Source: Lytechinus pictus | Lineage: Eukaryota | Length of the DNA stretch: 64,000 nucleotides | NCBI RefSeq assembly: GCF_037042905.1 | Contig: NC_087263.1 | Location: 10,976,001 to 11,040,000 of the forward strand | Reading direction: 5' to 3' | In this document: piece by piece, positions 13,446 through 26,216 of the stretch | How positions within the stretch are numbered: position 1 is the stretch's first letter | Layout of the letters: each line of letters begins with the position of its first letter | Notes under the pieces: model-generated | What the model was told of the DNA's origin: nothing | What the model saw: the letters and a program-made list of their open reading frames with translations, nothing else | Databases searched by the model: none | Translations under genes and position numbers: made by a program

Positions 13446-13630
13446 CGCGAATCAACCCTGTTGGAAAAAAAACAGTGTCACACAGTGTGATCACAGTATG
13501 ATCACAATAATGCTCGAATGCAACAGTGTAAAGATATTTTCACAACGTGTTCCACACTGTGAACACACTGTGGCACAAACTGCGGGACACTGTGCTCTTT
13601 ACAGTAGGGAAATATTAGGAGATCACTAAC

Positions 13631-13826
13631 CTTCGCCGTTCGCGACCTATCCCCAAGAACGATGAGCTTACTTCTTTAGATATGAAGATATCTTCGGGGC
13701 GAAGCTTACGTGGTTTAATTCTGTGATATATATGTTTCTCTAGAGATGATATCATCTCTGTCGGTGGCGATCCCGCGCCAACATTCGAGTTATTAGTAAA
13801 ACCTTCATCCTCTCCGTTATAGGCTC
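13631..13826 (-). CDS. EGF/TSP1 protein exon 3 (pro-region ending in RERR|R)
   Basis: AYNGEDEGFTNNSNVGAGSPPTEMISSLEKHIYHRIKPRKLRPEDIFISKEVSSSFLGIGRERR; acceptor ttaaag, donor gttagt, phase 1-2. Confidence 0.75.
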
Positions 13827-14640
13827 CTTTAATCGATATGAATTAAAGGGAAAATGTTTGCAATTAAAGACATTATATCATTTGTAAACCTTGCAAGTCA
13901 CAGAGCTGATAATAATGAAAATAATAATAATAATAGAATAACAAATAAGAAAAATAATCCGGATTTTGAAAATAAAATACATGAAAAAAATAAACGTAAG
14001 TTATTACGAAGCCATGCTTCTAGTATAGGTTAATTTGAACTGAATAGAAGAACTGACTTTCTGAAAACTCTGACCGACTGGTAAGGGCTCACCTCCCCCC
14101 CCCCCCCCACAAAAAAAATGCAAACCAACAAAAACAAAGCAAAACACAAAAGAAATTACATAAAATGCAAGTAATGAACACAACATACAATTAAGTCAGA
14201 CACTATAGAAAAATAGATAAATCGATAAATAAGTCGCTTAATCAATGAATCAGTTAACAAGCAATCGATCATAATTATTTACAGCCAGACATTCAATCAA
14301 TCAGTCATTTAATCGACACAATGTTGAGGGATTCAGACTCGAACTCAGACTCGGATTCGAAGTCCCGGGCCCGGTTTCGGACTCGCATAGTTGGACTCGA
14401 CTAACACACTCTCTATAAGCCAGCCAATCAGACAATATATCAGTAATTAATAAATCAGTCTTCCATTTAATAGACACGTTAATCAATCAATTAATCAGTC
14501 TGTCAATCAGTAAATAAGTCATTCAATCAATCAGTTCATTGACTTTCCAACCAAACAATGGATGAAGAAATTAATTAATAATTGAATGAAGTTTTCAATA
14601 AATAAATCAATCACGTCTGTAGTCCACTTTCTAAAATTAC

Positions 14641-14895
14641 CTGTTGATATGAAGCCAGCAGACCTATTATCGATCTCCCCCGGATAAGTCGAATTTATGT
14701 AGTATGCATCCGAATCCACACTTGAGGGTGATATTTTCTGCCTATTGCGATGTGACTTGCTCCTATCGTCGGTATAGATTTCAGCTGGAACAGATGAAGT
14801 ATTTTTATCACCATCCCCTATGTGATCATGAAGTCCAAGTTGAGCGCCAATCATTGAATTCCCATCGTCGATCACACTCCCAAAAGGCCCTGTAC
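14641..14895 (-). CDS. EGF/TSP1 protein exon 2 (D/S-rich pro-region)
   Basis: TGPFGSVIDDGNSMIGAQLGLHDHIG...IDNRSAGFIST; poly-T plus cacag acceptor, donor gtaatt, phase 1-1; overlaps ORF 14531-14875. Confidence 0.75.
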
Positions 14896-16076
14896 CTGTG
14901 TCGTGCGAAAAAAAAAAAATTCATCTGGGGCTAAGGGGTGTTGCTAGAAAATATTTGCAATCAATTGCAAATATTCTGTTGTAATTCTTCAGTCGATAGA
15001 TCAACATAAGCTGCAGCAAATCGGATTACACTCCTCTTTTTTCAAGAAGTACATTGTCAATCATTCACGATAGTGCAATTAATTGCAAGACATAATTATG
15101 ATTGATCTAGGGACCAAAAAAAGACTTCCAATAAATATTGATCGCAAGTTTCTTGCAACACCCCATTAATCATGTATATTCATTCAATCTAGGCCTGATC
15201 GGGTAATTCTAAATTAATGAAATAGTTGTGAATTGACCTAGATTGAAATAAATTCGATCGTGACAACTAGGGCTTCAAAATCTTTATATTTATTTCTTCA
15301 AAGTTGATATTTGTATTTGTATTTTGTTTAGAAAAGTAAAACATACAAAGTAAAACTTGTCAAGGGATATTAAAAAAAGGTTTAAAAAAGCGTAGGTCCT
15401 ACAAGTTTGAATCCTAATAAAATGTCATTGCAATAACGTAGCATAAAGATAAAACAAAAATTTAACAAGAGAAAACTTTAAAAATTGTAAATAACCATCG
15501 AAAAGGGCAGACAACATTAAGGCCCTTTAGATTTATTTAACAATTTAAAATAATCAAAAAGTGACATGTGAGCAAAATAATAGAACATATATAAAATAGA
15601 TAACATAATATGACAAAATATAATGAATTAATATGGGCAAATCTTTTTGAGTTATGGTTTCAGACAAAAATGTACATTATATGACAAAATTATTATGAAT
15701 TAATTGTGAGGAATTGTTGATTGACCGCTATATGAGCTTTGACATTCGCTTAGTGACCTGAAATTCAATTCTTCATCCGTTTGCTGTATAATTAATAGCC
15801 ATTATATGAAATTTTTATGAAACTGAGATTCATACTTTCGAAATTTCTTGAAATGAAAAAAAAATTCAACCTTGGTTTAATTTTTTTTTATTATTGATAG
15901 CACAACGTAGTCAAATTTCATTGGCCCAAAATGACCCCTGACCTTGACATTTGACCTACATCTTGTACATGATGATTAGTGATAGTTGATACCCACATGT
16001 CCAAGCTTCATGAACTAGGTCCATACACTTCCTCTTAAAGTTACGACATTTCAAAATCATAACCTTGCATGGTTAA

Positions 16077-16657
16077 AGGTCAAGTCCACCCCAGAAAAAT
16101 GTTGATTTGAATAGAGAGAGGAAAATCAAACTAGCATAACGCTGAAAATTTCATCAAGATCTGATGTAAGAAAGTTATAACATTTTAAAGTTTCGCTTAT
16201 TTTTCACAAAACAGTGATATGGAAAATTCAGTGTCATGCAAATGAGGCAGTCGATGATGTCCTTCACTCACTATTTCTTTTGTTTTTTATTGTTTGAATT
16301 ATGCAATATTTCATTTTATACATAGGCCTATATGACAATAAGGACCAACTTGACTGAACCATATAGTATTGAACAATGATAATTCCACATGTTCAGGGAG
16401 GAATTATTCGTTGTTTCACTTGACAATGAGGAGAAAATTAGAATATTTCATATAATAAAATACAAAAGAAATAGTGAGTGGATGACGTCATCAGTCTCCT
16501 CATTTGCATACTAACCAGGATGTGCATATAACTGTTTTTTTAAATTAAGCAAAACTTTAAAATGTCATAACTTTCTTATTTTACATCAGATTTTAATGGA
16601 ATGTTATGCTTGTTGAACTTTTCTCTTTTTATTCAAATCAACTGTTTGTTTGGGTGG
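16077..16657. mobile_element. Kolobok/T2-type MITE, right end degraded
   Basis: TTAA|AGGTCAAGTCCACCC...GGGTGGA with palindromic body; fragment of the same family at ~57340-57475. Confidence 0.7.
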
Positions 16658-19037
16658 AAATTTTCATTTTTATTATACCCCAACATGTTAAAAGTTCATT
16701 GACCTAAATTGAGCTTTGACCTGGATCACGTGACCTGCACTGTAAAAACGCTGTTTAAGATTTTATACAACGCTGTTTACTATATGAACCTTACAGTATT
16801 TGTTTAACCGTTTAAACAATCATGTTTAATTTATTGAAAATTAGATATTGAAAATTACACTTTGTTGCTTAAGATTTAAACACTTGTTTGAACTGTTTAA
16901 ACAATTACTGTAAGGTTCATATATTAAACAGCGTTGTATAATAATTTGTTTACTGTGTGTAACTCGTGCAAGATGATCCGTCATACCTGATTATAGTCTA
17001 ACCTTATGTCCACGTTTAATGGAAAAATGATAACATGTCTAAAATGTCCATAATAAGCTTCATAAGATATGAGGACATTAGGACTACAAAAACGTAACCT
17101 TAATTAACTCATTTCACTGTTTTGCTTTCAAAAGAGTTCAAAGCTTATAAACATTTTATTACCAAACAGCTAGGTTAGAGAGACATCCATCAAAAATAGC
17201 CTTTCGGTTTGGATTAAACATTTCTCTCTCTTTATTCATTCATTTCTCCATTAATATTGTTTATTTATTTGTTTATTAATTTATTAATTTATTTATGTCT
17301 TATTTGTCATTTGTTTTAAAAGTTTACAATAAAGCACCCTGGCCTAACATTGTTTTCGAATGTTGGTTGGTCAAAAATTATGGCGGAATAAGTTCGCCAT
17401 ATTTGCGAGGACATTCCATAGCATATGGTGGACATGGTTTACACCACCTGACCACTGCTACATTGTAGAATCATATTGTGATATTGCAAGGGTTTGTTAT
17501 TAGGACTAGGAATGTAGGTAACATACTTTTGAACAAATATTTAATTCACATTATAATGCTAGTGCTCAACCATAGCAATATATAATGTATGTTATGTAAT
17601 CTAGGTTCCAAAAATACAAAGCCCTGTTTATATAATTCCCATGAAAGGAATCATTCAAACGCTATTGGCCTTATATGCATATCCATTATCTCCTCATAAA
17701 GAACAGTGAATGCAAATTGAGTAGTGGTTGTGGCAAAGATAGTGTTCAAGAAGGAAGGCTTGCCAACATGCAGTTATAGGAATGTTCATAGTTGAATAAA
17801 TATATTATGATGGCATGGATGGTGCACGGGAACCCGCATTTCGACTCGAGTTATGCAGTCATACATGGTATAGGTTAGTTGAAAACTAGGCTGAAAACGC
17901 AGCCTATATATATATCAATCAATCTTTGCTGAAATCATTTATTTATTAGCGCAGACATAATGAAGATGACATGTTTTTTTTGGAAGATTTAATAGCATGC
18001 AAAATGTAGGAAACATCAATTAAGTAAGTATATCGTTCACACACCTTTTATGGTGAAAAACAGGCCAAGAATGCATGATTTCTATATACATTATATTGAA
18101 AAGGGGGCTGAAACCACAGTCTATAATGTCATTTCAAATTACTGACACATTTTCTAAAAGCAGAGATATAGACAAAGAGAATGATATTATGCTTGACAGG
18201 AAATATATCCAAGTACACTAAAACAAAAAACAAAAAATTCTTAATCGATTTTCGACAATTTTTGAAGCAAGAAATCTCCCAAACTAATAATATGCAAAAT
18301 TCATGACTAAATTTGCGTAAACAGTAATATTTGTTACTAACATTTTGCATGTTTCTTAAGCATTACTCGAACAATATATTTTGAAAGTTTCATAAAAAAC
18401 AAACATTGTTTGCTTGAGATATTCTCCCTTGAATTCATGCTATGTGTAGCCTTGTGAAATAGGGCCATTTTGTAGTGACGTCATATATTACGTCATTTCG
18501 GCGGGAAGACCACGGATAATACGCGGCAGCCATGCATTTTTGTAAACTAATTCAGGGTCCATGCCATCCAGCTATGGAGTCGTTTGCTTGTCCGGCTTTC
18601 GGTCGAATAAGCCGGCCTGTATTTTGAGCCCCGTAAAAGTGGCGTCCGAGGCACGTGCCCCCTAGATACGCCACTGCTATCAAGACCCTAAAATGAGATC
18701 AAGGCCTATTTCTCAAAGGTTTCATTTGACATTGCTTTTTTTCATTTAATTTTGAAGAGTAGACATTTGTAAGAGTGCCAAAAATCATATAAAAATTTGA
18801 GCAAACTAAACATGAGTTGCCTAAGAAATTATTTTCGCTTGTTTAGTAAGGAATATAAAAATGATAATAGTTTCTTAGGCAAAGAATCTTACTGAAATAA
18901 TTAATTATGGAGGTTCACGTCTGCCTATCCATTCATGCGATCAAGAATAAAAAAAATATGTGGATAGATGAAAATACATAAATAAGTCCACCGTATTTAT
19001 CATACCGAACACTGATCATCAATTAATACTCTCCTAC

Positions 19038-19218
19038 CTGTTGTGAAATCGAAATGATCCTTCTTGTATTTTCTGACAGGTGCCACCTCACTTGCTTCCG
19101 ACGTTTTATGTGTGGTCTGTTGCTCTTGACCAGAAACCTGAAAGTATTCGTGTTGGCGCGAGGATAAAATCTCAATCAAAAATACTGTCACAAGTTGAAG
19201 AACACGAAAGACATCCAT
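19038..19218 (-). CDS. EGF/TSP1 protein exon 1 (ATG, signal-peptide-like)
   Basis: MDVFRVLQLVTVFLIEILSSRQHEYFQVSG...DHFDFTT; hydrophobic N-terminus, donor gtagga phase 1, CpG-rich region upstream. Confidence 0.7.
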
Positions 19219-19289
19219 TGCTAAAAAGCGATAGATCGGCTAGATTTATTTCATCAATCTTGGTCGTGTGGATTTACTCCATGTGATTT

Positions 19290-19700
19290 CAACGCCGTGT
19301 AATGTGCGAGATTTGTTGTGCCAATCTAGACAAATAAATACGATAGGGCGTGTCGTCATGAATGGGAAAAATGCAATGAACTGAAAAGTGAAATAAAAAC
19401 AACTCGGCCGGGTGGAAAAAAAGAAAGAAAATAAATACGAGCTCCTCCACAGTTCTTATAAGCCTACATGCGCCTCGCTGCCTGAAACGCAGCAAGCTTT
19501 AAAGCGCATTGCGCAATGAATGCGCTCTCAGCGCACTGTGAGCTGTGAATACAAAAAAAGATCGCGCATTTTTATGAAAATCCACCAGAATACGCGCTCA
19601 AAATAAAACTGGCGTTCTAGATCCTAAAATAGTTCCCCGCATGGAGCATGACGGAGGAAGCGATGACTGACGTCACCACCACGACTGAATTGCGTGTCAT
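19290..19700 (-). promoter_or_regulatory. Putative promoter/5' region of the EGF/TSP1 gene with CRE palindrome
   Basis: Local CpG enrichment just upstream of the ATG; perfect TGACGTCA at 19668-19675. Confidence 0.35.
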
Positions 19701-20479
19701 TTTCTCATCAACTAAATCCCTCAAAAAAGATCTGCAACTCAAGTTTGAGGGATTATATAGTTTGTTACTGAAGTATTAAAGTGAAATTAGTATCATTTGA
19801 AAGCTTCGTTATTCTTCTTTACAACGATTTGCCATTTAAATCATGAAATGTATATTTCCCTGAATAAAGGGCGAAGTCAGAAGTGAACCAGTCTCCATAT
19901 CTTTAGAATTCTGCCCCGGATGCAGGTGTCAGTGAATGTTTGTGAGTCTTCTTTAAGATTGAACGGAGTGGTTTGGGGGTTAGCGTTGTTGAAGAGATGT
20001 GCGGCGACTGTTGCCGTGATTTAGTGTTTGCTTGAAGTGAAAGCTTTCATAAATTTAAGATTTTAAACATCAATGAAACCAACATTCTCATCTTTTGTAA
20101 ATTCAACATCTTAAAACTTTTTTGAAATGACAGGGTTCAACATTATTCCAAACACTTTCAATCGGTGAGAAATGAGAGTTCCTGCATCACTACATCAATA
20201 CCATTTAAACTCGGTCCATCCTCGAAACGATTGGAAATTCACGATTAGAAACAACGATCTTGCAACATTTAATATATGGTATTGCTGCTTATCTATCAAG
20301 TCTAATCATTCCATGATAACATTATCATTGCAAATGACACATCATTGTAAAGTGGAATGATCATGCTTTCCAATGATACCATATTTACATTATGATAATG
20401 GCACACTTTTATTACCCTTCAAAATTGAGTTGAAGAACTATTTTGAGGGGTTTATTATAATAGCCACTATTATATACTT

Positions 20480-21005
20480 ATGATTATCATCACCATTAGC
20501 AGCATCATCATCATCACCCTCCTCCTCATCATCACCATCGTCATCATCATCGTAATCATGCATCATCCTCATATAACTATCAACATCGTCATCATCATAA
20601 TAACCATTATCACCATCATAATCATCATCATAACCATGATGACCATCACCATCATCATCATCACCAACATCATTATCATCATCATATATCATCTCCATGA
20701 ATAGCATCGCCATCAGTATCATCATCAACATCATCATCACCATCACCACCACCACCGCCGCCGCCACCACCACCACGTACTACCACCACCACCATCATCA
20801 TCATTATCATTATCATCACCATCATCTTCATCATCATCATCTTCACCATGCAACTATCAACATCACCATCATCACCATCATGATGACGATGATTATGATC
20901 ATCATCATCTTTATCATCTTTATCATCACCATCATCATGATCTTTATCATGATCTTTATCATGATCTTTATCATCATCATCATCTTTATCATCATGGGCA
21001 TCATG
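20480..21005. repeat. (CAT/CAC)n microsatellite
   Basis: Directly visible; similar tracts at 36980-37560, 40990-41320 and 54760-55150. Confidence 0.95.
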
Positions 21006-23552
21006 ACTGAAAGACATTTAATGACATTCGGGAATGACGTAGAAGAATATTCATCGAGTTTGAACGGGTTCGGGCTTATTACAAGGCCTATGATGGGGTA
21101 TTCACTATTTCTTTGTATTTTGCCATAGTTTTCCTCATAATATGAAATTAAGTTAGATTTCTCTCTCAACCTGATGAATTACCATACCTTTACTCTTTTG
21201 TGATTCAATGAAGATGGTCCTTATTGCCAAGTCTGCCCCAAAAATATTGCAATATTTTCTTTATTTGGCACAATAAAATACCAATAAAATAGACGGTGAC
21301 AATATCAGCTCTCTCATTTGCATATCATCTGTGTCGCCAATTTTTTGTTTAATAGACCTTATACATGTGATATAGCGCCCTCCCTCAGAGGATATAGGAA
21401 TATGTTTAAACGGGATTGCCAGAGATGTGCCAGCTGCAGATCACCAACGCATGAAAGGCAATGGCACTGACCTCTAAGATGGCGGTACGTTTACATCATT
21501 GCATATACATGTAGCTCTACATAAATGTTTTGTGAAAATAACGGAACTTTGAAATGTCATAACTTTATTTTTCATCCGATTTTGAGAAAATATTCAGCAT
21601 TAAACTTGTTTGACTTCTTATCAAGATGAACTTTTTTTTTTTGGGGGGGGGGGGCGGGGTGGTTGGAGGATGCTGAATTGCCCGCTCTGATAAACCAAGA
21701 ATTTTGTTCAATATCCCATGAAAATCATATTGGTAATTATCATTTCTAATATTCTGCTATGGAAGTCAAATATGTTATCAAAATATTAAGAGCAAACAAT
21801 GTGGATTTCTCATGGAAAAAATGATGCTCTTGTTTTTATTTTTAGAGTGCATCTGAAAGGAATATAGGTAACTGCAGGGTCGGATCCAGGATTTTCCAAA
21901 AAAAGGGGGGGGGGGCACATTTTCCCCGAGCAAAAATTTGACAAGCAAAAAAAAGAAAAAAAAGTTTTCACTTTCAAGGGGGGGGGGGGCACACTTCTGT
22001 TTTTAACGGCACTTTTACATTACAAATTTAAATTGTGCCTCTCAAAGGGGGGGGGGGGGCACATGCTGGCTGTGCCCCCCCCCCCCCCCGGGATCCGCCA
22101 GTTGGTGACTCTGTCTTCATAGGCATTCATTTTACACACATTCAAGACTTTTGTTGAGGAGAACGCATTTTCACTTCTTTACCCATTCCCCATGTATGTA
22201 TCTGTCTAACTATTCAAGATGAGTGTTAGTTTCCACACAAGATAATATGTCTTGTATTTTACAGTAATGTAGTGAACTTAGATCTCTCTTCATGTTTCTA
22301 TTTCTATTCAGTTCTCTCTCTTTCTTCACCCTCCCCCTCTCTCTCTTTCTGTCTCTCTTATTCTCCTTCTATCCTTTAAATTTGGCCTAGCATGGATCAT
22401 TGTTTGCTTTCAATAAGCCATTGTATAATTATGTATTTCATTTTCCTTCTCTTTTTTGGACATCATTTTCAAGCTCCTACAGCTCATGATGAACCTGCCA
22501 TGTATATATTATCTGAATGATTATACCAATGACAGATATTATGTAATGTTGACAATTATTAATCATACATATGTGAATAAAATCAAATCAATGAAAAGTT
22601 TGCTGTTGTCTCCTGTGATTAGTGTCACACATACAGGGGCATCGCACAGGAATTATTGGACACTGATTCCTCTGTAAATAAAAACCAAAGATTTGACTCA
22701 TAATGTAAAAAAAAAAAAAGAATCACAGTCAATATCTAAATCTGAGATAATATTTAATATCATAAATTAATTTTTTCCTGTATTTATGATAGAAACATAT
22801 ACAGTTATGTACAATACAACAATATTAAACGATAAGATATACCTTTATCATATAACATAAATTCACATACTATTTACAAGTACATTGGAAATACAAACAG
22901 CTCAAGGTGATATTTGAAAGGCATTTTGTATCAACATGATATAAATCAAGTTTGAATCTCTAAACAAAACAATGTGCAGTGAAGACAATGCCAGAGCTGT
23001 CGATCTTAACTGTGAAAAAATCCTATTCTCTATCTTTTTTAATCCTATTTTCAAGCCTATAAGCATATTGCTCTTTAAAAATTTTGAAAAAATAACCAAA
23101 AAGTCTTCATTCTTAACATTTTCAAAAATCTAATTTCTAGGGGAACAATCCTACTAAATAGGGTGAAATCCTGATTGGCAGCTCTGCATTGAAAATGATA
23201 AGATGCTTGACAAGTTGACACACAAACAGATATTTCCTGTTATGTAACCAATAACATATTGTTACCAATATTATGCCAAGTGAATCCTAAAATTTGATAC
23301 TTGTCACACATTTGACCATATCAAAATAAAATGATTGACGAATATTAATGTAAAGTAATCCAGGGGGTGTTTCACAAAAGAGTTAAGTGAGACCTAAAGT
23401 TATGCTTGAATGGCGACGCCCAAGTGATAAGCAACATGCAATCCTATTGATTGATTCGTATTAGCGCGCATCCTCTTGATGTAACCAATGCAGCAATGCC
23501 TTTAATACTGTAGGCAACTTAGAATTTAAGTGCGACTCTAAGTCACACTTAA

Positions 23553-23789
23553 AGGCCCTGTCACATCGTTCTGTGCAAGCCTTGCTTGTGAGTTGCGGGA
23601 AACTATTTTTGTTACCCGCAAGTTGCCCGCATTGACAGTGTCTCGCACGTATCCCACACAGTTGCCCGCAGAAGCGTACGCAAGCCTGATTTACACACCG
23701 AAAAATCTTGATCGTGCTCAAAACTTAGGTGTGGGTGACTTGCGGGCAATCACCCACAAGACTTGCACGAAACAATGTGATACGGTCTT
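23553..23789. mobile_element. PIF/Harbinger-like MITE nested in another MITE (~23380-23810)
   Basis: TIRs AGGCCCTGTCACAT / ATGTGATACGGTCT with TAA/TTA flanks; copies at ~43214-43462 and ~46893-47570. Confidence 0.65.
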
Positions 23790-24300
23790 TACTCTCTGTG
23801 AAACTGCCCTAGGACTTACCAAAAAACATCCTGAAAAAAAGGGGAAAATTCACACAGGAAACACAGTCTTGAAAGCATGATAATATTGCTTTCATTCATA
23901 TCTTGTGAAACTGCTTCATGGGAAAAGAATCGGGATATCGTATCACCAATTGATTGGATGGCTTTCATGTTTTTTTTTATTTGTTTCCACATTTTTTAAC
24001 CAAACCATTAAAATGCATCATATGATTTAACATTGGCAATTCTGGCATTATTTCATTATCTCATCAATGAATCAATTTATTTATTGTCCAAAAGATCAAA
24101 GGAGCACTAAAACACACAAAAGGGCAAATTTATGAATGTTGTCATTACTGACAAATCATCTGTTTCTGACAATTACAGTAAAATGCTTGGATTTTGTTGG
24201 CTGAAAAGTTGGTGTGATTGTTGCTATAGTAACTGTCACTGATCAACCATCATGGAGAGAACTTGTTTATTGATATAAGGAATACTACCCGACTTGATTG

Positions 24301-24719
24301 GGTTTATTTCCGATTGGTCTAATGCCAATTCATCCTATTCCCAACTCGTCTACTATCATTTGGTCTACCATCAGTTCGTCCACTCACCACATGGTCTAAT
24401 TGCCATTTTGTCCACTCGCCATTTCGTCTTATACCCAGTTGGTCCAATAGCTGTTTAGTCCATATACCATTTTGTCTAACTGGATTAAAAGTTAATTTGG
24501 GCAAACTGAATGAAAAGAAAATGGGTATTAGACCAACTGGTTAGAAGATGAAATGGCCATAGACGAACTGGTGATGAGACAAAGTGATGATTAGACCAAA
24601 TGGTTCTTGAACCAAATGGCTGTTAGACAAATATTAATGGACAGAATGGCATTAGACTAAACAAAGGTAGACCATGTGATGAGTGGATGAGTTGGCACAA
24701 GACGAATCAGCATTTTACC
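24301..24719. mobile_element. MULE-like non-autonomous element (TAGACCAA-motif family) in the presumed CEP290 3' UTR
   Basis: GGTTTA...TTTTACC ends; near-perfect TSD ACTTGATTG/ACATGATTG; opposite-orientation copy at 51434-51832. Confidence 0.7.
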
Positions 24720-24752
24720 ACATGATTGATTGATTACTAATGAGGGGAGTGA

Positions 24753-25130
24753 GGGAGCGAGTTACCTCAGTCGGTAAAGCGCCTGCCTGTCGAACCAAGG
24801 GTCGTGGGTCTTAGTCCAGCCCGGGCGGATAATTGAAGCCTACAATGTGTGTAAACCCGTCCCTCCCCTTTTCCGGAGATGCAGGCTATTTACAGTTGAA
24901 AACCGTCCCTCGTATATGACGTTAAATGTAGGTCTCGTGTAGAGGAGAGTCACCACCTTTGCACGTTAAGAATCCACTGCACTTTCGAAAAGGGGAAACC
25001 CCAGTGCAGTGGTCCACCTGCATCCCTCAATCAGTTATATTGGGAGAAGAGACCTGCGGGTCATGCTGATTAAGTTTGCTTTTCGCCTCCCAGGAACAAG
25101 TGACGTAAAACAAATACTAATAATAATAAA
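24753..25130 (+). mobile_element. tRNA-derived SINE, antisense to CEP290
   Basis: tRNA-like head (TACCTCAGTCGGTAAAGCG...GGGTCTTAGTCC) and (TAA)n tail at ~25118-25130. Confidence 0.8.
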
Positions 25131-25134
25131 GAGT

Positions 25135-25293
25135 TCAAGGGGGTATATTGACTTGAATACCAAACTGTTGACCTAAATTTCTCAGTTCTTCTTCATATTG
25201 CACATTCCTCTGTACCACCTCTCGGTAGTTAAATTTCAGATCCTCGATTTCCTCAAAGAAAGACGGGTCGAACTGCTCCAACTCTTTCCGAAG
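25135..25293 (-). CDS. CEP290: CEP290 terminal exon (TGA at 25135-25137)
   Basis: LRKELEQFDPSFFEEIEDLKFNYREVVQRNVQYEEELRNLGQQFGIQVNIPP*; acceptor ttgcag. Confidence 0.95.
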   Translation of the reverse strand, partial: LRKELEQFDPSFFEEIEDLKFNYREVVQRNVQYEEELRNLGQQFGIQVNIPP

Positions 25294-26093
25294 CTGCAAG
25301 CAAACACAAAATATGAATCACTGACAGTTTTTGAAAATGTATATCTACTCAATTTCCAAGGAAAGTGTTCGTAAGTTACACACAACCAATTCCAATCTTA
25401 TTTATCTACAGTGTTCATTTGGTATACAAAAATCTGAGGGCTTTGCGTTGTATAGTATGGAAAAAGTAGTGGTGTTGATGCCAAATAATTCAGACCTTGT
25501 AGGTGTAAATATGATGCAATAGGACTTCAATTTTAATCCTTTGAAAGTTACAATTTGCTCCTAAGGTTTGAAAATGAATTCAGCATTCGGCTGGTCACTA
25601 TTTGCTGTCAGTCCAGATTTGTCTGGCATCCTTGAAATGTTGAGAGTACTTGTGGCATGTGTCTCACTCTACTGACTTCTAAAAAAATAATGTTTACTTT
25701 TAGATATTACTTGCCCCTTTTTAGATGTATATAGTTTTACACTGCTCTTCTAAGTTGTTTTTATTGCTTTTTATATTGATGTTATATGGACATACATTCT
25801 AATTATCCAAACCATAAATAAATGATACCTGCCAAAAAATTTATAATCACAGAGCAATGAGAAAATGAAGATCATAAACATTACTGGCATATGCCTGTCT
25901 ATTTATAGTGTGGTCCCACATGTTTTTTCCGGGAAAAGCATATGGCAATGAAATGAATACAGTTTCAAGCAAGCCTCAATGATTTCAATTAAACTTCGTT
26001 GGTAAAAAAAATCCTTTAGGATTGCTTCCAACCAATTCCTATCCAAATAAGATTTTTATACCAGAACTCAAACTCGGCTATAATTGTACTTAC

Positions 26094-26216
26094 CTTATCA
26101 TTCTCCTTGCGGAGCCTCTCCTTATCTAGCTCCATAGTCTGTAGCTCCATGCGGATCCTAACATTATCCTCCATCACTGAGTTATAGTTATGAAGCCGCT
26201 CCACTAACTCATCATC
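26094..26216 (-). CDS. CEP290: CEP290 exon
   Basis: DDELVERLHNYNSVMEDNVRIRMELQTMELDKERLRKENDK; phase 0-0, donor gtaagt. Confidence 0.88.

Larger units (their letters stand above)
1..19218 (-). other. Gene span: uncharacterised secreted/surface protein (signal peptide, pro-region, furin site, 4x EGF-like, TSP1); 3' end beyond left edge
   Basis: Twelve GT-AG exons join in one open frame: 19038-19218, 14641-14895, 13631-13826, 8765-8836, 6672-6708, 5721-5873, 4635-4707, 3541-3675, 2812-2873, 2120-2294, 957-1112, 1-130 (~541 codons). Confidence 0.85.

Noticed and set aside
11724..13490. WLVG/NQPT-repeat ORFs
   Set aside because: Translations of the CAAC satellite and embedded MITEs.
20438..21169. 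His-, Asp-, Met- or Ile-rich ORFs (also 40954-41310 and 54618-55263)
   Set aside because: (CAT)n microsatellites open in several frames, with no splice or domain support.
24753..24826. tRNA genes (also ~7830-7902, ~27083-27158, ~32740-32800, ~62790-62857)
   Set aside because: tRNA-like A/B boxes are degenerate and joined to SINE bodies or are copies of SINE heads; I could not build a clean cloverleaf.
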